From contig NC_082721.1 of the NCBI RefSeq assembly GCF_030144855.1, forward strand, positions 44,082,001 through 44,146,000: a stretch of 64,000 nucleotides of DNA, read 5' to 3'. Every line of letters starts with the position of its first letter. Positions within the stretch are counted from its first letter, which is position 1. Below are positions 60,560-64,000 of the stretch, piece after piece. A program made the position numbers and the translations under genes. The DNA comes from Hypanus sabinus (taxonomy: Eukaryota). The notes beneath the pieces are model-generated. The model was given only the letters and a program-made list of their open reading frames with translations. It had not been told where the DNA came from and made no database searches.

Positions 60560-61220
60560 AATATTGTACTGCTGGTCAGGATGTCCTTGGACAATGCAGG
60601 ACTGAATGTCATTGGATATACTAAGAATTCCAAGGGGATCTAGGGCAGTGAGGAAAGGGGGCGGAGGAAAGGCAAATAGCATTCTGTCTTGGTAAATACA
60701 ATTGGTTGAAGTTTGGGAAGGCAAAACTGTGTAATACGATCATAGTAAAAGTTAAGTCCCTGGGGAGTTTAGTAAAACAAAGGGATGTAGGAATGTCAGT
60801 ATATTGTTCCCTGCATGTGTTGTCACGGATGGACGGTATGATGACAAAAATTATTTGGCACATCATCCTTTATCAGTCAGGTTATGATTATAGGTGTCAA
60901 AACATTATACTGCAATTGCATGAAATAATAGTGTGGCAATGTCTGAGAGATTTGTACAGTTTTCATCCTTCTGTTGAAGCAACAAAGTCATTTAGCTGGA
61001 AAGGGAGCATAAAGAGTGATTTTTCAGAATATTGCTATTACCAAGAGTGTGAGTTATAGGAGATGTTGGACATGCAATGACCTTTTCCTTGAATAGCAAG
61101 AGACTGGAACAAAATGTAGAAAGGCATAGAGAGGATGAATGCACACAGTTCTTTACCAAGGGAAAGTGAATTAAAAGCTAGAGAGGGCATAGGTTTAAGG
61201 TGAGAGAAAGAAACAGAAGG
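60560..61220 (+). mobile_element. Old CR1 remnant
   Basis: Decayed CR1 RT C-terminus and tail (GGGCATAGGTTTAAGGTGAG). Confidence 0.55.
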
Positions 61221-61789
61221 AGCCTGTGTCAGGTTATTCTGCAACTTCAGGAATCCCAGAAAGTTTGGCAGTTCAAGCAAGGCCAAAAATAATACAGAAA
61301 TTAAGCAGGAAGAACTCAAACAATCTACACAGGATCTTGAAGATCTCCATCACTCATGATATCTGGAATACTTGGAGGTATATAAAATTAAGAGGGGTGT
61401 GGACAAGACAACTACAATGCAACAAATTTAAAATGCAATGGTTATCGAATCAGTGCAAATTGAACAAAAGTGATAAATACACAGAGTGTTTAACAATCCC
61501 CATGATAGATACCAAGTGGGACATATGCATCACAAAGTGAAAGCCCAGAGCTACTCAAAAAACAAAGTAGAAATGTAAGGTAAACAATCCAAGGATAATT
61601 ACATACTCACAAGGTTACACTGTGAAAATACAATCCAGATCCTATGTGAGAAAAAATATATATTTTTCAAATGAATCCTGGTGTGACAGAACTCCCCTTC
61701 CAAATCCGTCTCCTGGTAGCTTAGGGTGATTCGAGTTAACACAATGAAAATCAGTAATGAGATCAGGATTTAAAATACCCCAGACTGGA

Positions 61790-63700
61790 TCCCAACTCCT
61801 CTCCTCCAGGTCACAATCCTCCCAATCAACTCAGCACTGACAGTGTTTATTAACTTGAAAGGAGTCAAACAATCTCTGGACAGTGTATGCAGGTGTTCTA
61901 TCTATGATTCTGGGAGGAGGGAGAGGCTTAGGTATAGGGGCCAAAGGACGACAGATTCAGCGTTCAAGTTCAGAGATGTGAAAAGTAGGATGGATTTGGT
62001 GATACCTGGGAAGCTGTAATCTATATATTACAGCATTGATTATCCTTACAATCCTCTCAACAGAGCCCGATGAAGCCAAGAGCTTCCTTCCAGGATTCTA
62101 TAAGGGGAACAACTTGGGTAGACCCACAGAAAAGTAGTATCCAGTCATTTCCTCTCGTTTCCATAGAATTGCTGCCTCATTTAAGTGATCCAGAGTCCTC
62201 TTGGCTTTAAGCCATCGCTGTTTACAGCACTCGACAATCAATTTAACAAACAGAACACTACATTCACTTCCTGCTCAGGAAAGAGGATGCTTAAACCCAA
62301 ATTGACTTTTGAAAGGACACATGGTAGCCGAAGAATGATGAAGTGTTGAAAGAGCTATCTCTTCCCAAGTTAAATGTTCACTTCCAGAGGATTGGTCTCC
62401 AGAAAGCAGGCTCCCGAAATGGTGAATTCCAAGTCTTGGTTATTCCTCTCAGTCTGACCATTCATCTATGGATGAAAACTGGAAGAAAGGCGAGAAGTAG
62501 CTTCAATAAGGTTACAAAATGCTTCTGAAACTTGATCACCTATTTGTCCCTTATTAGGGAGAGAGAACACCTGTGGTACGTCAAATTACCAAGTGAAGTA
62601 GTACTCTTTGGGGTACTGAAGGTCTGTGACTTTTGTCTTTCTTGCTACTTGCTCAAGTGCTCGCTAGAGGGTGCTGATGACATTTTGCTGGTAGGGTAGG
62701 GTGGGGAGTTGTTGCCTTGCTGTTGCATGTGCTGGGGGTTTTTGGTGTTTTAACGATTTTACTGTCATTCACTCATTGGGGCATTCCTCTGTTTTCCTGG
62801 TTGTTTGCGAACAAAAAGAATTTCAGGATGTATATTGTATACATTTCTCTGACATTAAATGTAGCCATTGAAACTATTGAAGTAAATTGTGAACTCCCAT
62901 GAGACACAATATCAGAAGGAAATCCATGCACCCTGAACAGGCCCTGCAATAAAAGTCCACAATTTCACAGGCTGTGGGCAACACAGTGAGGAAAATATTT
63001 ACAGGCCTTGCAAAGTCGATCAACAACAACGAAAATAACAGCACAGGAGCATGAAGTGGGAAAACCCAAGATAAAATGCAAAGAGAAATGGGACCAGGGC
63101 TAGAGGGGATGGGGTTGGAAAGAAGAAGACGCTGGGAGAGGAGAATTGGAATTTTTTGGAATGTGTACAAATGTCAAAATTTTGGACAAATGATCTGACG
63201 TCCTGATTAACACCAGACCACAAATATTCTCTGTTCTAATGAATTCAAGGGTACGTGAACCTCCAGAGTGGGCTATTATCCTGGGCACATTTGAACACAT
63301 TCGCCCAAATTTCAGGAGGCAAAAAAAGGTGACCAAGGGGAACATTGCTGGAAACTATATTACTGTTCTTGAGTGCATTTATGCTTGGAACAAAAATCTG
63401 AAAAGACAGGGGACAAACGTTTATTTTCTAGAAGTATCAACTCTAGCCTATCTACTGAATCGGGGCTTGGGAGGTTGCCGGGATCAAATTGCCAAGATAA
63501 AGCATCAGGCTTTAGGTTCTTGGAACCCAGACAATAAGTAATGGCACTGTTAAAATGGCTAAAAGCAATGCATTCTCGTCATAAGCTCAAATCTTCTGAG
63601 CTTATGACCAGCTCCTTCAAATTAGTGCTGCCCCTCTTATGGGGTTAGTTTCACTGTCAACAAATCATAGCTATCCATATCATAATTGGATTGGGAAGGG
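61790..63700 (-). mobile_element. Chromoviral (Sushi-like) Gypsy pol remnant: RNase H, integrase, chromodomain
   Basis: Minus-strand pieces NYDMDSYDLLTVKL (NYDVGNRELLAVK-like), FNSAITYCLGSKNLKPDALS, W.GVNQDVRSFVQNFDIC and PAYTVQRLFD...DWEDCDLEERSWDP; another repeat interrupts at about 62545-62880. Confidence 0.75.
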
Positions 63701-64000
63701 AATAAACATTCTGGAAAGTAAGCACAGGGATATAATTTTTTATTATTGGTGGAAAGTTCAAGAAGGTGGAAGCCTAGTGATATCTATCTTTAAGGATACA
63801 GTAACAAAATGGAGAGAGTAACTTGATATGTTACCGATCAGAGTGGATGGAAGTGTGAGTGAGATTCCAGGTGTTGGTATAACATCGTTCCTTCATCCAT
63901 ATTAATAACTTGCATTTGGGTTCAGAGGTCACAACTTTCAGATTTACGGCTGGCACAATAAATTTAGAAGCTGATGATAATAGACATTAAGACCCAGGCA

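Overview
Vertebrate nuclear DNA, very probably a cartilaginous fish (ray/skate-like); this is inferred from the immunoglobulin exon and the repeat landscape, not from a database hit. The window is almost entirely nested, decayed transposable elements: CR1, RTE, L1/Tx1, Rex1/Babar, Penelope, Gmr1-like and chromoviral Gypsy, BEL/Pao, an ERV, and Tc1, pogo, hAT and piggyBac DNA elements. I found one host exon: an intact immunoglobulin light-chain constant domain on the minus strand (31855-32177, probably sigma-related). Its expected splice-acceptor AG reads CG, and I found no J or V segment in the 32 kb upstream. Highlights: (1) the apparently orphaned IgL C exon; (2) a very young non-autonomous BEL/Pao element (LTRs about 3 differences in 672 bp, perfect 5-bp TSD) whose three internal deletions all stay in frame, leaving one 634-aa mosaic ORF; (3) an ERV 5' LTR, tRNA-Ser PBS and splice donor pointing at the Ig C exon; (4) a Gmr1-like element with mismatched LTRs; (5) a solo LTR inflated by a 7-nt modular repeat; (6) four Penelope minimal hammerhead ribozyme relics. 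Many TE boundaries are approximate and were read by eye.
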